DNA of 64,000 nt from the human T2T-CHM13v2.0 reference genome, Homo sapiens (GCF_009914755.1 NC_060937.1); one strand, 5' to 3'. Shown: positions 37,680-52,689, counted from the first letter of the stretch. Notes: generated from the letters alone by a model not told the origin. Made by a program: numbers and translations.

Positions 37680-38692
37680 ATTCACTGATGAGATTTGAAT
37701 GAATTGCCAAAAACCTAAATTTTCCACATGGAAAAAATATGTCAAATAAAATACAAATGAATTGCATAGGGGAACTTATACAACATATGTGATAAGGTTT
37801 CACAGTTCTTAATATAAAATGTTTCAAAATCCACCAAAATAAACAGCTTATTAGGGGAAAAATACTAAAAGCAGATGTAGGTAATTAATATTATATTGAA
37901 AATTTTCAAACTGTACTATAAACTAATAATACTTAAAATAAATCTAATATATTGTCCAATAAAGGATCTTTTGAGGTTGTTGTAATAACACATTCAAAAA
38001 CTGTCAGTGTGGAAGTAAATATTACAACCTCCCTAAACAAATAAATTATATATTAAAAGTTTCTACAGTTTTACAATTTTTATCTAACAAGTAAACTTTT
38101 ATAATTTATATATGAATATATTCGGCAAAAAGAATACAATGTATATACAAGCATGTTCCGTTCTGTTTTAGCTATAAAACACACACACATACTCATACAT
38201 TTGAAATCGTGCCAAGATAAAATATAGGGTACTAATTATATAAGTATGTGTTATAACTGCAAATGGTAGCATCATATAACAGCTTGGGAAAAAATGTTTG
38301 TTTTCTTCTCCTTATAATGGGAAGAAAAGTCCAGATATTTACTGAGACTAAAGAAAAATCAAAATGTTCAAATTTTAAGCAATTAAATACCCATTAAATT
38401 TTAGCCTCATTGCCTTCTTTCAATTATTATACTTTCCAAGAATGTTCCCATAGAAATTAACTCTTAATATTAAGAATCCATTTATCCAGTCTCCAAAGTG
38501 AATCATGTCCCACTTTCATCCATTAATCATCAAGATCAAAGCTCAGGACCACATTTCCATTCAAGTTCTATGTTCACCCTGTTTCAATATTCAGTAGCCT
38601 TTATGCTCATTTATATAATTTATCATTAACAATACAACCTTATATACAATAATAAAAACATTGAGATATGGGAAAACATTAATTTGTTTTAT

Positions 38693-38718
38693 ACACACAC
38701 ACACACACACACACACAC
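38693..38718. repeat. (AC)13 microsatellite
   Basis: Direct reading. Confidence 0.9.
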
Positions 38719-39282
38719 CCCTAAAATATTTAAAAAATAAAAAAGGAAAAGAAATGATTAACTTTTTCTCTGCTTATAACAACTTATAAGTGGTTATGAT
38801 TTTTCTTTATTTCTACTTAATCTTTTCTTTCTGTTATATAAACATCAATTGGTCAGTATTTAAGAACTAATAGTTACTAAGCCTTCTTTCTTCAGATGTA
38901 TGACTCTCGTTGATCATACATTATGGAGTCAAGAGTGTTTCATTAGCTTTTATCACCAGATATGACATAGAAAAAGGCACCATAACTTAAATGATTATGT
39001 CCCATTCATACTTGTCTTTTGCCCCCATTTTTAGCAGTCATACCATTTCACCTTCATAGTAAAGCTTATTCAAATCAGCAACTACTTCATTTTCACATGT
39101 TTTTCTTGGAGGCAGAAACTGAAATATCAATTTGTAAACTAAAGTAATTATTGTACTGTCACTAGCAGAAGAATTTAAACTTTTAATACTATTACCTCTG
39201 TATCACTAGACCTTGAAACTCTAAATGGATGAAAAGCAAATATTTTCAATTGGATAAATAGGCATAATAGTGAGGCATGACG

Positions 39283-39729
39283 TTGACAATTCTCAAAAGA
39301 AGATATACAAATGGCCAACAAACACATGAAAAAATGCTCAGCATCACTAATGATCAGGGAAATGCAACTTGAAACCACAATACAATGCCATCTTACTTCT
39401 GCAAGAATGGCCATAATCAAAAAATAAAAAATCAGTGGATGTTGGTGTGGATGCAGCAGTCAGGGAGCACTTCTACACTGCTGGTTGGAGTGTAAACTAT
39501 TACAGCCACTATGGAAAACAGACTGGAGATTCCTTAAAGAAGTAAAACTAGAACTACCATTTGATCCAGCAATCCCACTACTGGGTATCTACCCAGAGGA
39601 TGTCATTATTCGAAAAAGATACTTGCACACACATGTTTATAGCAGCACAATTTGCAATTGCAAAATCGTGGAACCAACCCAAATGCCCACCAATCAATGA
39701 GTGGATAAAGAAAATGTGGTATATGTATA

Positions 39730-39772
<43 letters not shown>

Positions 39773-40187
39773 GATGGAATATGTATGCATATATGTATAT
39801 ATATATATGATGGAATACTACTCAGGCATAAAAATGAATGAAATAACAGCATTTGCAATGACCTGGATGAGACTGGAGGCTATGATTCTAACTGAAGTAA
39901 CTCAAGAACGGAAAACCAAACATTGTATGTTCTCACTGATATGCAGAAGCTAAGCTATGAGGACACAAAGGCATAAAAATGACAAAATGGACTTTTGGGA
40001 CTTTGGGGGAAGAGTGTGAGGGCGGCATGGGACAAAAGGCAACATATATGGTGCAGTATATACTACTTGGGTGATGGGTGCACCAGAATCTCATAAATCA
40101 CCACTAAAGAACTTACTCATGTAACCAAATACCACCTGTACCCCAATGACTTATGGAAAAATAAAATAAATAAATAAATAATAAAAA
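39283..40187 (+). mobile_element. L1PB1-type 3' portion with internal (TG)n(TA)n
   Basis: 'gctaagctatgaggacacaaaggcataa' and 'aaatcaccactaaagaacttactcatgtaaccaaataccacctgtacccc', followed by an A-rich tail. Confidence 0.92.
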
Positions 40188-40915
40188 GTCCATCTGGAAA
40201 AGTGTCTGTGTTTAAAGCCACCAACCTAATATGTTTACAATAGTTTACCATTAATTTCAAAGACATAGTCATTTTCTGTATTGTCCAAACTGGAGAATTC
40301 ATTGTAGATGTGATAAGAATAATGTTTTGTGGATCTTTAAATTATTTCATGCTGTCATTAATTTCTGAGATAAACCTAGATATACATTATTATTTTCAAT
40401 CTTGAATTTTGAATAAGATTAATGTCATTAGGTCATTTATTGTCCCCTTTTGATTGTAACAGGTCTTAACCCATGGGTTAGAGAATTAATATGGGGAGTA
40501 CACTAGCTATGGTTACAACTAAAGGCCAAGTATCCAGAGAATTAATTATGGGATTAGTGCAGGGAGCCAAAGAGCCTTCAATAAGGCTTGGTTTTGTTTT
40601 GTTTTGATTCTTTTTCCTTTTATCCTCTGTTTTTCATAAAATTCCTCTATGAGGTAGACGACAGTAATTATTCTTCCCCTGAAATTAGTATCTCAAAATT
40701 GGTGTCTAGTAACCCCTCTACACTGGTACATTTCCCTTCTTTTTTTTTTGAACAGAGTCTATCTCTATCGCCCAGGCAGGAGTGCAAATGCGCGATCTCT
40801 GCTCACTACAACCTCCGCCTCCCCTGCTCAAGCGATTCTCCTGCTTCAGCCTCCCCATTTCCCTTCTTTAATGTTGTATTATGATAATGAATGGAAGAAG
40901 GTACCTTTGGAAGAT
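40188..40915 (-). mobile_element. ERVL-class internal remnant (protease to RT N-terminus)
   Basis: Collinear minus-strand peptides: [13 protein letters not shown] (cf. HERV-L GLLDTGSELTLIPG), PHINSLTHGLRPV (cf. PHIGSLTCGVRAI), NSPVWTIQK...LMVNYCK (cf. NSPIWPVQK...MTVDYRK). Confidence 0.75.
40741..40855 (-). mobile_element. 5'-truncated AluS (right arm)
   Basis: Right-arm sequence with T tail. TSD catttcccttct at 40729-40740 and 40856-40867. Confidence 0.9.
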
Positions 40916-41824
40916 TAGGGAAAATTTTAAAGTATAGGTTTTTATACTATTTTAGTATTTCTTTATGTATACACATGGTCTTTATTTAAAAAGGTCTAAA
41001 TCAATAGACAGTGGGTTAACTGAAAAAAAAAGTTATGAAAGATTAAAAATTTGTTTCTTCCATCAGTCATCTGGTAAGTCAATCATATTATTATATCCTG
41101 ATTATACTATAAGCCCCAAAGATTTTTATTATGACTATTCCCAGTGTGCCTTTGAAGTTAAATTATATAACAACTAAAATTTTTAAAAGCACTGTCTATT
41201 TGAGGGATTAATTTTATAGCTATTAGTTTATATATGACTAAAGATTTTCCTGAATCTCACAAATTTTTGTATTAAGTTCTCTAATTATTGTTGATTTATA
41301 AATAGTTTAAAACCATAGTTTGTTTATTCTATTATACATTTTTAATTTAAATATTTTAGAACAAAAGTTTATGGTTAGCTTAATTTCTTTTTGGCAATTG
41401 ACCCTAATAGAACATATGTATTTGTTCTGTGTGGTTAAGGCTTTTGAGAGTATAAAAACTAACATATTTAAATCTGTTTGTATGTATCAATAGATAGATG
41501 TAACTTTATTCTTGTTTGTTTCTTTAAAAATTCTCAAGATTTTTATATTAATTTACAGGGCTTAGTGTGCTCTGAATTTTTAGTGGTTGCCAGCTTCAAA
41601 TTTATCTTGGAATTTTTGCTCTGAACTGAACTTTGGTTGAGACAGGATTTTAGGTTCAAAATAGTTGCTACTTAGAAATTAGCAAGTATTCTTTTCTTCG
41701 ATGTTTATGTGACATATCTGACAGGAATTTTAATATATTTTAAATTTCCTTTAAAGTTTTCCAGTTTTACTTTTGTTGTCTTTTTTGTTTACTTTTGTTG
41801 TCTTTTTGTTGTTTTGTTGTTTTA

Positions 41825-44800
41825 CAAACAACCAACAGGTTAATAAAGAAATTAAAAGGGAAATAAAAAATCTATTCAGACAAATTAAAATAAAAACATA
41901 GCATTCCAAAACATGTGGGATGCAGCAAAAGCAGTTCTAAGAGTTCTAAGTGGGTGGTTTATAGTAACAAACCCCTACATCAAAAAAGAAGAAAGATTCT
42001 AAAGAAAGAACCTAATGTTATACCTCAAAGAACTAGACAAACAAGAACAAAACTAAGCCCAAGTTAGCAGATGGGAAGAAGTAATAAACACCAGAACAAC
42101 AAGAAGCTAGAAAAACAATTGAAAAGATAAATAAAAACTACAAGTTGGTTTTTGAAAAGATAAAAAAAAAATTAAAAAACTTTACCTATATACTAAGTAA
42201 AAAAGAGAGAAGACTCAAAATCAGAAATGATAGATGAGACATTAAAACTGATACCACCAAAATACAAAGGATAATACAAAAATATTATGAACAATTATAC
42301 ACAAACAAGTTAGATGACTTAAACGAATAAATTCTTAGACTCATGCCACTTAGCAAGACTGAGTCATACACAAATAGAAAATCTGAGCAGACCAATAACA
42401 AGGCAAGAGATTTAATCAGTAAGAAAATGTCACTTATCAAAGAAAAGTAAAAAAACTTATGGTTTTACTGCTGAATTCTACCAAACATTTAAAAAAGTAA
42501 TACCACTTCATTTCAAACTCTTCCAAAAGTTCAAAAAGAGGAAATACTTTCAAACTCATTTTAAAAGGCCAGCATTATTCTGAAGCCAAACCCAGAGAAA
42601 GATATTATAAGGAAGGAAAATTATAGGCAAATAACACTGGTGAACATAGCCACAAAAAAAATACTCAATGAAATACTAATAAACTGGATTTAACAGTACA
42701 TTAAAAGGATTATTCATCATGATAAAGTGGGATGTATTCCAGGATGCAAGGTGGTTCAACATATGCAAATCTATAAATGTGATATACCACTTTAGCAGAC
42801 TAAAGGACACAAGCCATATGATCATCTCCATAGATTCAGAGAAAGCATTTGACAAAATTTAACATCTTTTAATGATAAAATTTCTTAGCAAATTAGTCAT
42901 AGTGGTAAGATACCTTAGCAAACTAAAAGCCATTTATGACAAACTAACAGTTGAAATCATACTCAGTGGTGAAAAGTCAAAAGCTTTTTTGTTAAGATCA
43001 GCAGCAAGACAAGCGTACTCACTCTTCCAATACCAGTCAACATAGTACTTGAAGTTCTGCCACAGCAATTTGTCAAGAGAAGGAAATAAAAGGCATTCAA
43101 TGGCAAAGGAAGAAGTTAAATTGCCTCTGTTTGCAGATGATAAGATCTTATTTATATAAAACCTTAAAAATCCACCAAAAAATTGTTAGAGCTTGTAAAT
43201 AAATTTAGTAAAGTTGCAAAATGTAAAATCAACATACAAAAATCAGTAGTATTTCTATACACTAACAATGAACTGTATAGAAAAGAAATCAAGAAAACAA
43301 TTTCATTTAACTGCTGTCAAAAATAAGAATAATTTTAACCAAAGAGGTCAATGATCTGTACACTAAAAATTATAATCATTCAATGAAAACAATTTAAGTA
43401 GACACACAAAAATAAAAAAAAAAAATCCCAAGTTCATGAATTGGAAGAATTAATAATAATAAAATGTTCATTCTACCCAAAGTTACCTAAAGATTCAATT
43501 CAATCCCTATCAAACTTCCAGTGACATTTCTCACAGAAATGGAAAAAATGAATTCTAAAAATTTCATGGAAACACAAAAGACCCAGAATAGCCAAACCAA
43601 TCTTGAGCAAAAACAAACAAACCAACAAACAAAACACAAAGCTAGAAGCACCAAATGATGTGACTTCAAAATATACTACAAAGCTATAGTAATCAAAACA
43701 GCATTATAGTGACATAAAGAAACAATGAAACAAAGTAGAGTCCAGAAATAAATCCATGCATTTATTGTCAATTGATCTTCAACAAAAGTTCTATGAATAC
43801 TCAATGGGAAAAAGACAGTCTCTGCCTTGAATAGTGTTTGAATGACTGGATAGCCACATGCAGAAAAGTAAAATATGACTCTTATTTTATACCATTTACA
43901 AAAACCAACTCAAAATGGATTAAAGATTTAAATGTTAGAATCAAAACTGTAAAACTACTAAAAGAAAACTTAGGGAAAAAGCTCCATGATATTTGGTCTG
44001 ACAGTGATTTTATAGGTATAATCCCAAAAGCAAAGGCAACAAAGCAAAAATGGACAAATGGGATTGCATCAAACTAAACAGCTTCCTCACAGCCAAGAAA
44101 GCAATCAACCTGTGGAATGGGAGAAAATATTTGCAAACCATACATCTGATAAGGCTTAATATTCAAACTATGGAAGAAAATCAAACAACTCAATTTTAAG
44201 AAAACAAATAACCCAATTAAAATGTATAAAGTATCTGAATATTTTTTCAGAGATATATAATTGTCCAACAGCTATATGAAAAAATGTTCAAAATCATTAA
44301 TCATCAGAAACACACAAATTAAAATCACAATGAGATATTACTTCAGACCTGTTAACATAGCTATTATCAAAATGATGGAAGATAACAAGTGTTAGAGAGG
44401 ACATGGACAAAAGGGAGCACTCAGACACATTTGGTGGAAATTTAGTACAACCGTTATGGAAAACACTATGGCAGTTCCTCAAAATTTGAAAATAAAACTA
44501 CCATATGAATAAGTAATTTCACTACTGGATATATACTCAAAGTAAATAAAATCAGTATGTTGACAAGCTATCTGCCATCCTATATTTATTGCTTATTAAA
44601 CACCATAGATAAGATGTGGAATCAAGTTAAGTGTACATCAATGAATAAACAGATAAAGAAAATTTGGTTTATATACACAATGGGATACTATTTAGCCTTA
44701 AAAAAAAGAAGGAAATTCTGTCATTTGTCACAATAAAGATAAATTTGGAGGACATTATGTTAAGTGACATAAGCCAGGCATAGAAAGACAAATACTGCAT

Positions 44801-45225
44801 GATGTCACTTATATGAGGAATCTGAGAAATAAAAAAAGTGTTAAACTCATAGTAACAGAATGGAATGGTTGGTACCAGGGGCTAGTGTTGGGGTGAAGGG
44901 GACAACAGAAATGTAAGTCAAGGATGCAATTTTTTAGTTGTAAGAAGAATAAATTCTGGAGTCCTAATATACAGTATGTTGACTATAGTCATGGTGACTC
45001 TAGTTATTAGTACTATACTGTATACTTGAAATTTGCTGACAGAGTAGATCTCAAGTGTTCTTAGCAAACACACAATAGTAACCACGTGAGGTGGTAGATG
45101 TGCTAGCTTGATTGTTGAAAACATTCCAAAATATATACATATCAAACTATCATGTTATACACCTTAACTAATTTTTTGTGGATCAAACATCAATAAAGAT
45201 GTAAACATAAAACAAAGAAAAAACA
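41825..45225 (+). mobile_element. L1MA8/9-type 5'-truncated LINE-1 (about 3.4 kb, decayed ORF2 and 3'UTR)
   Basis: 'tgggatgcagcaaaagcagttctaag', 'ctgtttgcagatga' (FADD), 3'UTR 'tgtatacttgaaatttgctgacagagtagatct'. Confidence 0.9.
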
Positions 45226-45241
45226 AAGAGAAAATAAATCA

Positions 45242-45547
<306 letters not shown>

Positions 45548-45936
45548 GAAAATAAATCAAAAATATGTATTAAATATAAGTATGGAGAGGGAATACTGAA
45601 AATTTGGGAATAGAAATTAAAAAGTATGTATTTAGAAGAGTGAGAAAATAAATAGAAAAAGAACTATATAAACCTTGGGTAGCTTTAAGAGTACAATTAA
45701 GATACAGAAACATAAATTTAAATTGAGATCGGTCACAATGGCTGCCTCTTCAGCTGCAACCATGTTCAGCTACTTGGATACAGCTAGAGTAGGCAGAGAG
45801 ATAGATTTAATCAGTGTTATTTACTTGATAAGTAGAGATTGCAAAGTTAAGGAGGAAAACATATTTGAAAGTACCTGAAAAAAGAATGACTAGAAAAATA
45901 ACATAAGGAATTGAGGGTCAATAAAAATGTTGGTAG

Positions 45937-48844
45937 ATCAAATAAACACAGGTAGAAATGACAGAGGGGATATTACAACTCACCACACAGAAATACAAAT
46001 AGCCATCAGATTATATTATGGTCATCTCTATGCACGCAAACTAGAAAATCTAGAAGAAACAGATAAATTCCTGGACACATACACCCTCCCAAGTCTGAAT
46101 CAGAAATAAACTGAATCTCTGAACAAGCCAGTAATGAGATCCAGAATTGAATCAGTAATAAATTGCTTACCAAAAAAAAAAAAAACAACAACAACAACAA
46201 CAACAACAACAAAAAACTCAGGACCAGATAGATTCACAGCCTAATTCTACCAGATGTATAAGGAAGAGCTGGTATCATTTCTACTGAAACTGTTCCAAAA
46301 AACTGAGAAGGGAAGATTACTCCCTAACTCGTTCTATGAGGCCAGCATTAGCCTGATTTCAAAACCAAGCAGAGACACAATAAAAAAAGAAAACATCAGG
46401 CCAACATTGTTGATGGACATTGGTGCAAAAATTTTCAACAAAATACTGGCAAATCAAGTCCAACAACACATCAAAAAGCTTATCCACCATGATCAAGTAG
46501 GCTTTATCCCCAGGATGCAATGTTGGTTCAAGGTATGCAAATCAATAAATGTGATTCATCACATAAACAAAACTAAAGATAAAAACCACACATTTATCTC
46601 AATAGATGCAGAAAAGGCTTTCATAAATTTCAACGTTCTTCATATTAAAATTTTTCAATAAACTAGGCATCAAAGGAATATACTTCAAAATAATAGGAGG
46701 CATCTCTGACAACCCCATAGCCATCATCATACTGAATGGCCAAAACCTGGAAGCATTCCCCTGGAAAACTGGCACAAGACAAGGATTCCCTCTCTCACCA
46801 CTCCTATTTAACATAGTACTGGAAGTCCTGGCCAGGGCAATCAGGAAAGAGAAAGAAACAAAAGGCATCCAAATAGGATGAGAGGAAGTCAAACTATCCC
46901 TATTTGCAGATGACATGATCCTATACCTAGAAAACCTATATACTCAGCCTGAAAGCTTCTTAAGCTAATAAACAACTTCAGCAAAATCCCTGGGTACAAA
47001 ATCAATATGCAAAAATCACTAGCTTTTCTATATACCAACAACAGTCAATCTGAGGGCCCAATCAAGAAGACAATCTTGTTCACAATTTGCACACACACAC
47101 ACACACAAAACCTAGAAATACAGCTAATCAGGTAGGTGAAAGATCTCTACAATGAGAATTATAAAACACTTCTCTGTGAAACCAGAGATAGCACAAACAA
47201 ATAAAAAAATTTCATGTTCATGGAGAGGAAGAATTAATTCTATTAAAATGGCCATACTGCCCAAAGCAACTTATAGATTCAATGCTCTTTCTATTAAACT
47301 ACCATTAATATTCTTTACATAACTAGAAAAAAAAAAGCCCAAATAGCCAAGTCAATCCTAAGCAAAAAGAACCAAACTGGAAGCACATTGCTACCTGATT
47401 TCAAACTATACTACATGGCTACAGTAACAAAAATGTCATGGCGCCAGCACAAAAACAGACACATAGACCAATGGAACAGCATAGAGAGACCAGAAATAAG
47501 GCGACACATGTACAACAATCTGTTCTTCAACAAACCCGACAAAAACAAGCAATGGGGAAAAGATTCCCTATTTAATAAATGGTGCTGGGATAACTGGTTA
47601 GCCATATGCAGAAGATTGAAACTGGACCTTTTTCTTAAATCATACACAAAAATTAACTCAAGATGGATTAAAGACTTAAATGTAAAACCCCAAAGTACAA
47701 AAACCCTGGAAGACAACCTAGGCAATAACATTCTGGACATGGTAACAGACAAAGATTTCATGATGAAGACACCAAAAACAATTGCAACGAAAGGAAAAAT
47801 TGACAAATGGGACCTAATTCAAACGAAGAGCTTCTGCACAGCAAAGGAAACTATTAACAGAGTGAACAGACAATCTACATAATGGGAGAAAACTTTTGTC
47901 AACTATGTGTTTGACAAAGGTCTAATATCCAGCATCTAAGAGAAACTTAAACAAATTTACAAGAGAAAAGAAACAACCCCATTAAAAAGTGGGTAAAGGA
48001 CATGAACAGACACTCTTCAAAAGAAGACATGTGGCCAACGAGCATATGTAAAAAATCTCAACATCACTAATCATTAGAGAAATGCAAATCAAAACCACAA
48101 TGAGATACCATCTCACACCAGTCAGAATGGCTGTTATTAAAAAGTCAAAAAAATAGCAGTTGCTGACAAGGTTGTGGAGAAAAAGGAATGTCTATATACT
48201 GTTGGTGGGAGTGTAAATTAGTTCAATCATTGTGGAAGACAGTGTGGCAATTCCTCAAAGAGCCCAAAACAGAAATATTATTCAACCTAGGAATTACATT
48301 ACTGGGTATGTACCCAAAGGAATATAAATCACTGTATTTTAAGGACACATGCACATATACATTCATTGCAGCACTATTCGCAATAGCAAAGACAGAATCA
48401 ATCTAAATGTCCCTCAAAGGTAGACTGGATAACAAAAATGTGGTACAGATACACCATGCAATACTATGTAGCCATACAAAAAAAAAAAAAAAAGAACGAG
48501 ATTATGTCTTTTGTAAGAACATGGATGGAGCTGGAGGCCATTATCCTTAGCATACTAATGCAGAAAAATAAAACCAAATACTCCATGTTCTCACTTATAA
48601 GTGGGAGCTAAATTATGAGAACACATGGACACATAGAGAGGAACAACACACACTGGGGCTTTGGGGCTTACCAGAGGATGAAGACTGGGAGGGAGGAGAG
48701 GATCAGAAAAAAATAACTAATAGGTTCTAGGATTAATGCTTGGGCAACAAAATAATATGCACAACAAACCCCCATGATACAGGTTTACCTATGTAACAAA
48801 CCTGCACATTTACCTCTGAACTTAAAAGTTAAAAAAAAAAAAAA
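45937..48844 (+). mobile_element. L1PA13-15-type 5'-truncated LINE-1 (about 2.9 kb)
   Basis: ORF2 peptides [10 protein letters not shown]...HDQVGFIP...ISIDAEKAF and [11 protein letters not shown]. 3'UTR 'acaacaaacccccatga' and poly(A). Degenerate TSD gttggtagatcaa / gtcagcagatcaa. Confidence 0.93.
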
Positions 48845-49334
48845 GTCAGCAGATCAATGCACTATGCAATTTGGCAAGTCTGAAGAATTACTGGAATGAG
48901 ATTAGTAGGAGGGCGTAGGAAAGGTAACTATGTGGAAAGGATAATTGGATGGTCTGAAATATGAATTGTGGAAGGCAAATTATTCATTAGATAAGGCCAA
49001 TAAGACCTAGGGAATGATCTTCAGGATGTGTGACCAAAGCAGGGTGATAATAAGATTATTAGAGGATAAAAATTCCTTAGGAATGTATGTTTATATTATT
49101 TTCTCAGTTTTTTTTTTTGACAGACTGCTTTTTAGTAGTGACTTATTAGTCCAGATGGTATGTACATTTTTAAAACTTTTGATACATGCTTTTAAATACT
49201 GTGGCAATTTACATTCTCCATGCAGATATAAATATAATTATTTGTTTATATTATAGTTGACTTTAGGTATTATTATATTTTAATTATTTCCAATTTAAGA
49301 GATTACAATATGTCAATATTTTAATAAACATTTC

Positions 49335-49560
49335 TTGTGTACACATGGGCTTCCAGAGTGAAATAATAAACACTGGAGACTTGACAAGGTGGGAAGATGA
49401 AAGGGGGTGTGGGATAAGACACTGCCTCTTGGCTACAGCATTTAGTATTTGGGTAATGGTTACACTAAAAGCTGAGACTCCACAACTATGCGATATATCC
49501 ATATAACAAAACTGTTTTGTACCCCCTAATCTATAACAACACAAATTAAAGTAAAAAAAA
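49335..49560 (+). mobile_element. L1PB3/4 3' end fragment
   Basis: 'atttgggtaatggttacactaaaagc..agact..acaactatgcgatatatccat.taacaaaactg...tgtaccccctaatctata'. Confidence 0.85.
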
Positions 49561-50139
49561 TACACTAAGAAAACTATAAAAATAGACACTTTTATTTAGT
49601 GTTTTATTTATTATTTAGTGTTGAGTAAAATCTTATTGGATGTCTATTTTTATACGTTTCATTTGCTAATTTCTAATGAAATACAATGATTTCATGACAC
49701 ACATTCTTAAACATTTGAAACTTTTATCAAGTAACTATAATAAAAGTTCACTGAACAAAAAATAATTTATTCACTATAATGCTATTTTGGATCCTACTTT
49801 CCCAGAAAAAAACTAACTTCTTTATTTTATAATAAATAGGTTATTTGCCCCTCAGAAAGAGTGAGATTTATAATAATAATAGTAGTAGTAATAGTAAGTA
49901 TCATAGAATAAGGGTGAAAGATAAAAAAAAAAGAAATGAGATGTAAACTTCCTTAAGTTTATTTATGTAAGTTTATGGTTACGAAGACATGACAAATGAT
50001 CCACTATCAAGTTTAAGGGTAATTTGGATCAAAATTACTTTTTGTTGTGCTTTCAATCTTATGGAATTTTAAAATGAGGCTTTAAATTTAGAAATTGCGA
50101 TTATCACATTGACATCATATTTGAGTAACTTAATTATAT

Positions 50140-50287
50140 ATGAATAAACTTTGTTAGCATCATTCTGGATGATTTATAAAAATGCAGATCCTGAAACTTC
50201 CCAGGACTTCTTGATAGTTCCATGTAATCTGCATTTTTACAAAGTCCCAGGTGACACTTCTACTCACAAAAGTTTGAGTATAACTGA
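50140..50287. mobile_element. MER5A/B hAT MITE remnant
   Basis: 'aaaaatgcagatcctg...aatctgcatttttacaaagtcccaggtga...aaagtttgag'. Confidence 0.65.
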
Positions 50288-51613
50288 TAACAACATTCTC
50301 TGACATATTTGCAAACTTAATTATGTTAGAAATTGTGAGAATATGACAAACAATCTTTTATATCTCTGAGAAATGCTGTCTACATGAGCACTGATATTTA
50401 TTCAAAGGGAAAGTTAAAAATAAAACTATCAGTAAAGCACATATATATGATATGTTAGTAACTCTCCATTAACATGAAACAAATGTGCCAGATGGTAAAT
50501 GCCCTACTTATAAAACTTGGGGAATTGACTGATCCCCAAGCAGAGATCCCTGGGAAATAATTTGTGTCACTCAAGGCAACAAACATATTGATAAATTGTG
50601 CTCCGTGTTCATGAAAATGATTGGATTTAACTGAAGAACTTGAACATGTGGCATTATGGAGCAGAGAGCTTTTAGTTGATTAAAGTTCTCTTGCAAATAT
50701 CCTGTATCAGAGAGCCAAAATCAAAACTGTGGTAAATGACTTTATTTATATTGCTATAAATCAAGTTTTTAAACTTACATTTTGGATTATGAATTTTACA
50801 TATATATATTACTTTTTCAGTTATTACAGATGACTAGAGTAAGGAAAGTTTATGTGCTCAAAGTCTCCTTGTACCTTTAGATACAGCATTGCAATAATAT
50901 AATTTAGAAGGTAAGGTGCATTGTGGCTCAGGCACCCATTTTCATTATTTTAATTTTAAATGGTGATTGTACAATTATGATAATGCATTTTTTAGAGATA
51001 TGTAGTAACCATGCAAGTAAAATGTGATATTAAACAGGAAATGATATTGTCCTAGACATTAACATAGATTTTCTCATTTACTCTTTGAACCTATTTGGAA
51101 TTTATTCTTCAAGTAACCTATTAAAATCTGAGGTTGGAAATGTTCAAATAATTAAGACCCAAGTTTTCTAAGTGATTCCAAACCAAAAACTTCTCTTTTA
51201 TACTAAAATGTCAGAATATATTGCTGATCAATATTGTTTTGTATTTCTTTGTATTTAATTTAAATAATATCTACTCTTCTGATTTTAAACTTAATTTTTT
51301 TATAGAAATCTGGTAGATAAAAAACCATTCACATGTTACTATCCAGAGATGATCAATTATAAATTTGTTTGTGTGTATTGTGTATAAAATATAATTTTTT
51401 CTATGAGTCTTGTATGTGTGCATGTATTTATGTATGTACATGTCTGCATGTATGTATGTATCTATCATATAGCTATATTTGTTTGTTCTGTTTTTTTTTT
51501 TTTTTGCTGTTGTTGTTACTAAGCATCTGTCTTTTTTTTGGGGAAACAACCCTAGTTCTTTGAAGAATTGCATATTCTTCTATCTAGAGCTGTGGTTTTC
51601 AGAGAGAAAATAT

Positions 51614-51990
51614 TGTTGCGGGATCCTTGGGGTGTCGCTTTTCTGGTCAAACATCTCTGTGACTGGTAGCTCCTTTGCCCGAGTTTGGCTTGGGCCCACT
51701 GGGCAGGTTCTGCCCACTCGGCCTATCAGACTGTGCGATGCTCATGCTACCAGCCTGGATCTTACGTCTGCCAAGGAAGAGCCAGGCATGGAGTAGCAAT
51801 GGGTGTGTGGGCGAGCTGGTGTGGTGTCCGGCCACTGTGCACAGCCAGGCACACCAGCTGCTGCAGCAGGGCAGGCAGCTCCAGGTGCTGGCATGGTTGC
51901 CAGCTCTCTATGAGACTGTGGCTGGACCAGGTACACCACAAACAATTTCCATGACTGCCAGTGGGGAGCACGGTAGCATCTGGAGGCTTG
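51614..51990 (-). mobile_element. MER52 ERV1 LTR 3' fragment
   Basis: 'tgttgcgggatccttggggtgtcgctttt' is the reverse complement of the MER52 3' end. Its GC richness explains the overlapping ORFs here. Confidence 0.8.
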
Positions 51991-52373
51991 ATATGGTAGA
52001 ATACTAAAATCTTTCAATGTTGTACTCAATTGAATTGAGACTAATCAATAACACCATTTTAAAGGTTTTTAAAGTGAAGAGTAATGATCCTTTCTGGGAA
52101 TAGGTTTGCTCTACTTTTCTGTCACTTTTGACATTATAATTAATGCTTAAGTATTAGCATTATTAATACATTAAAATACATTAATACTAGTATTTTTTAC
52201 TAGTTTTTATTAATACTAGTTTTATTAATATTTTACTAGTTTTATTAATTTCCCAAGAGTAAATACAAATATTATTTTACCAGGCATCCTGAATATATTA
52301 TTATATGTATGTATAAATGCATATTTATATGTTACTTCTCTATGTTTTTACACAAATGCACTATACCCTATAA

Positions 52374-52687
<314 letters not shown>

Positions 52688-52689
52688 CT

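Noticed and set aside
46254-47882. 135-aa and 164-aa reverse-transcriptase-like ORFs
   Set aside because: Fragments of a 5'-truncated, frameshifted L1PA13-15 ORF2, not a novel RT system.
51479-52029. GC-rich island with six overlapping ORFs
   Set aside because: Explained by a MER52 LTR fragment. It is CpG-poor, and stop-codon scarcity follows from GC content.
52150-52250. Repeated actagt palindromes in an AT-rich stutter
   Set aside because: Low-complexity slippage array with no regular unit or evident function.
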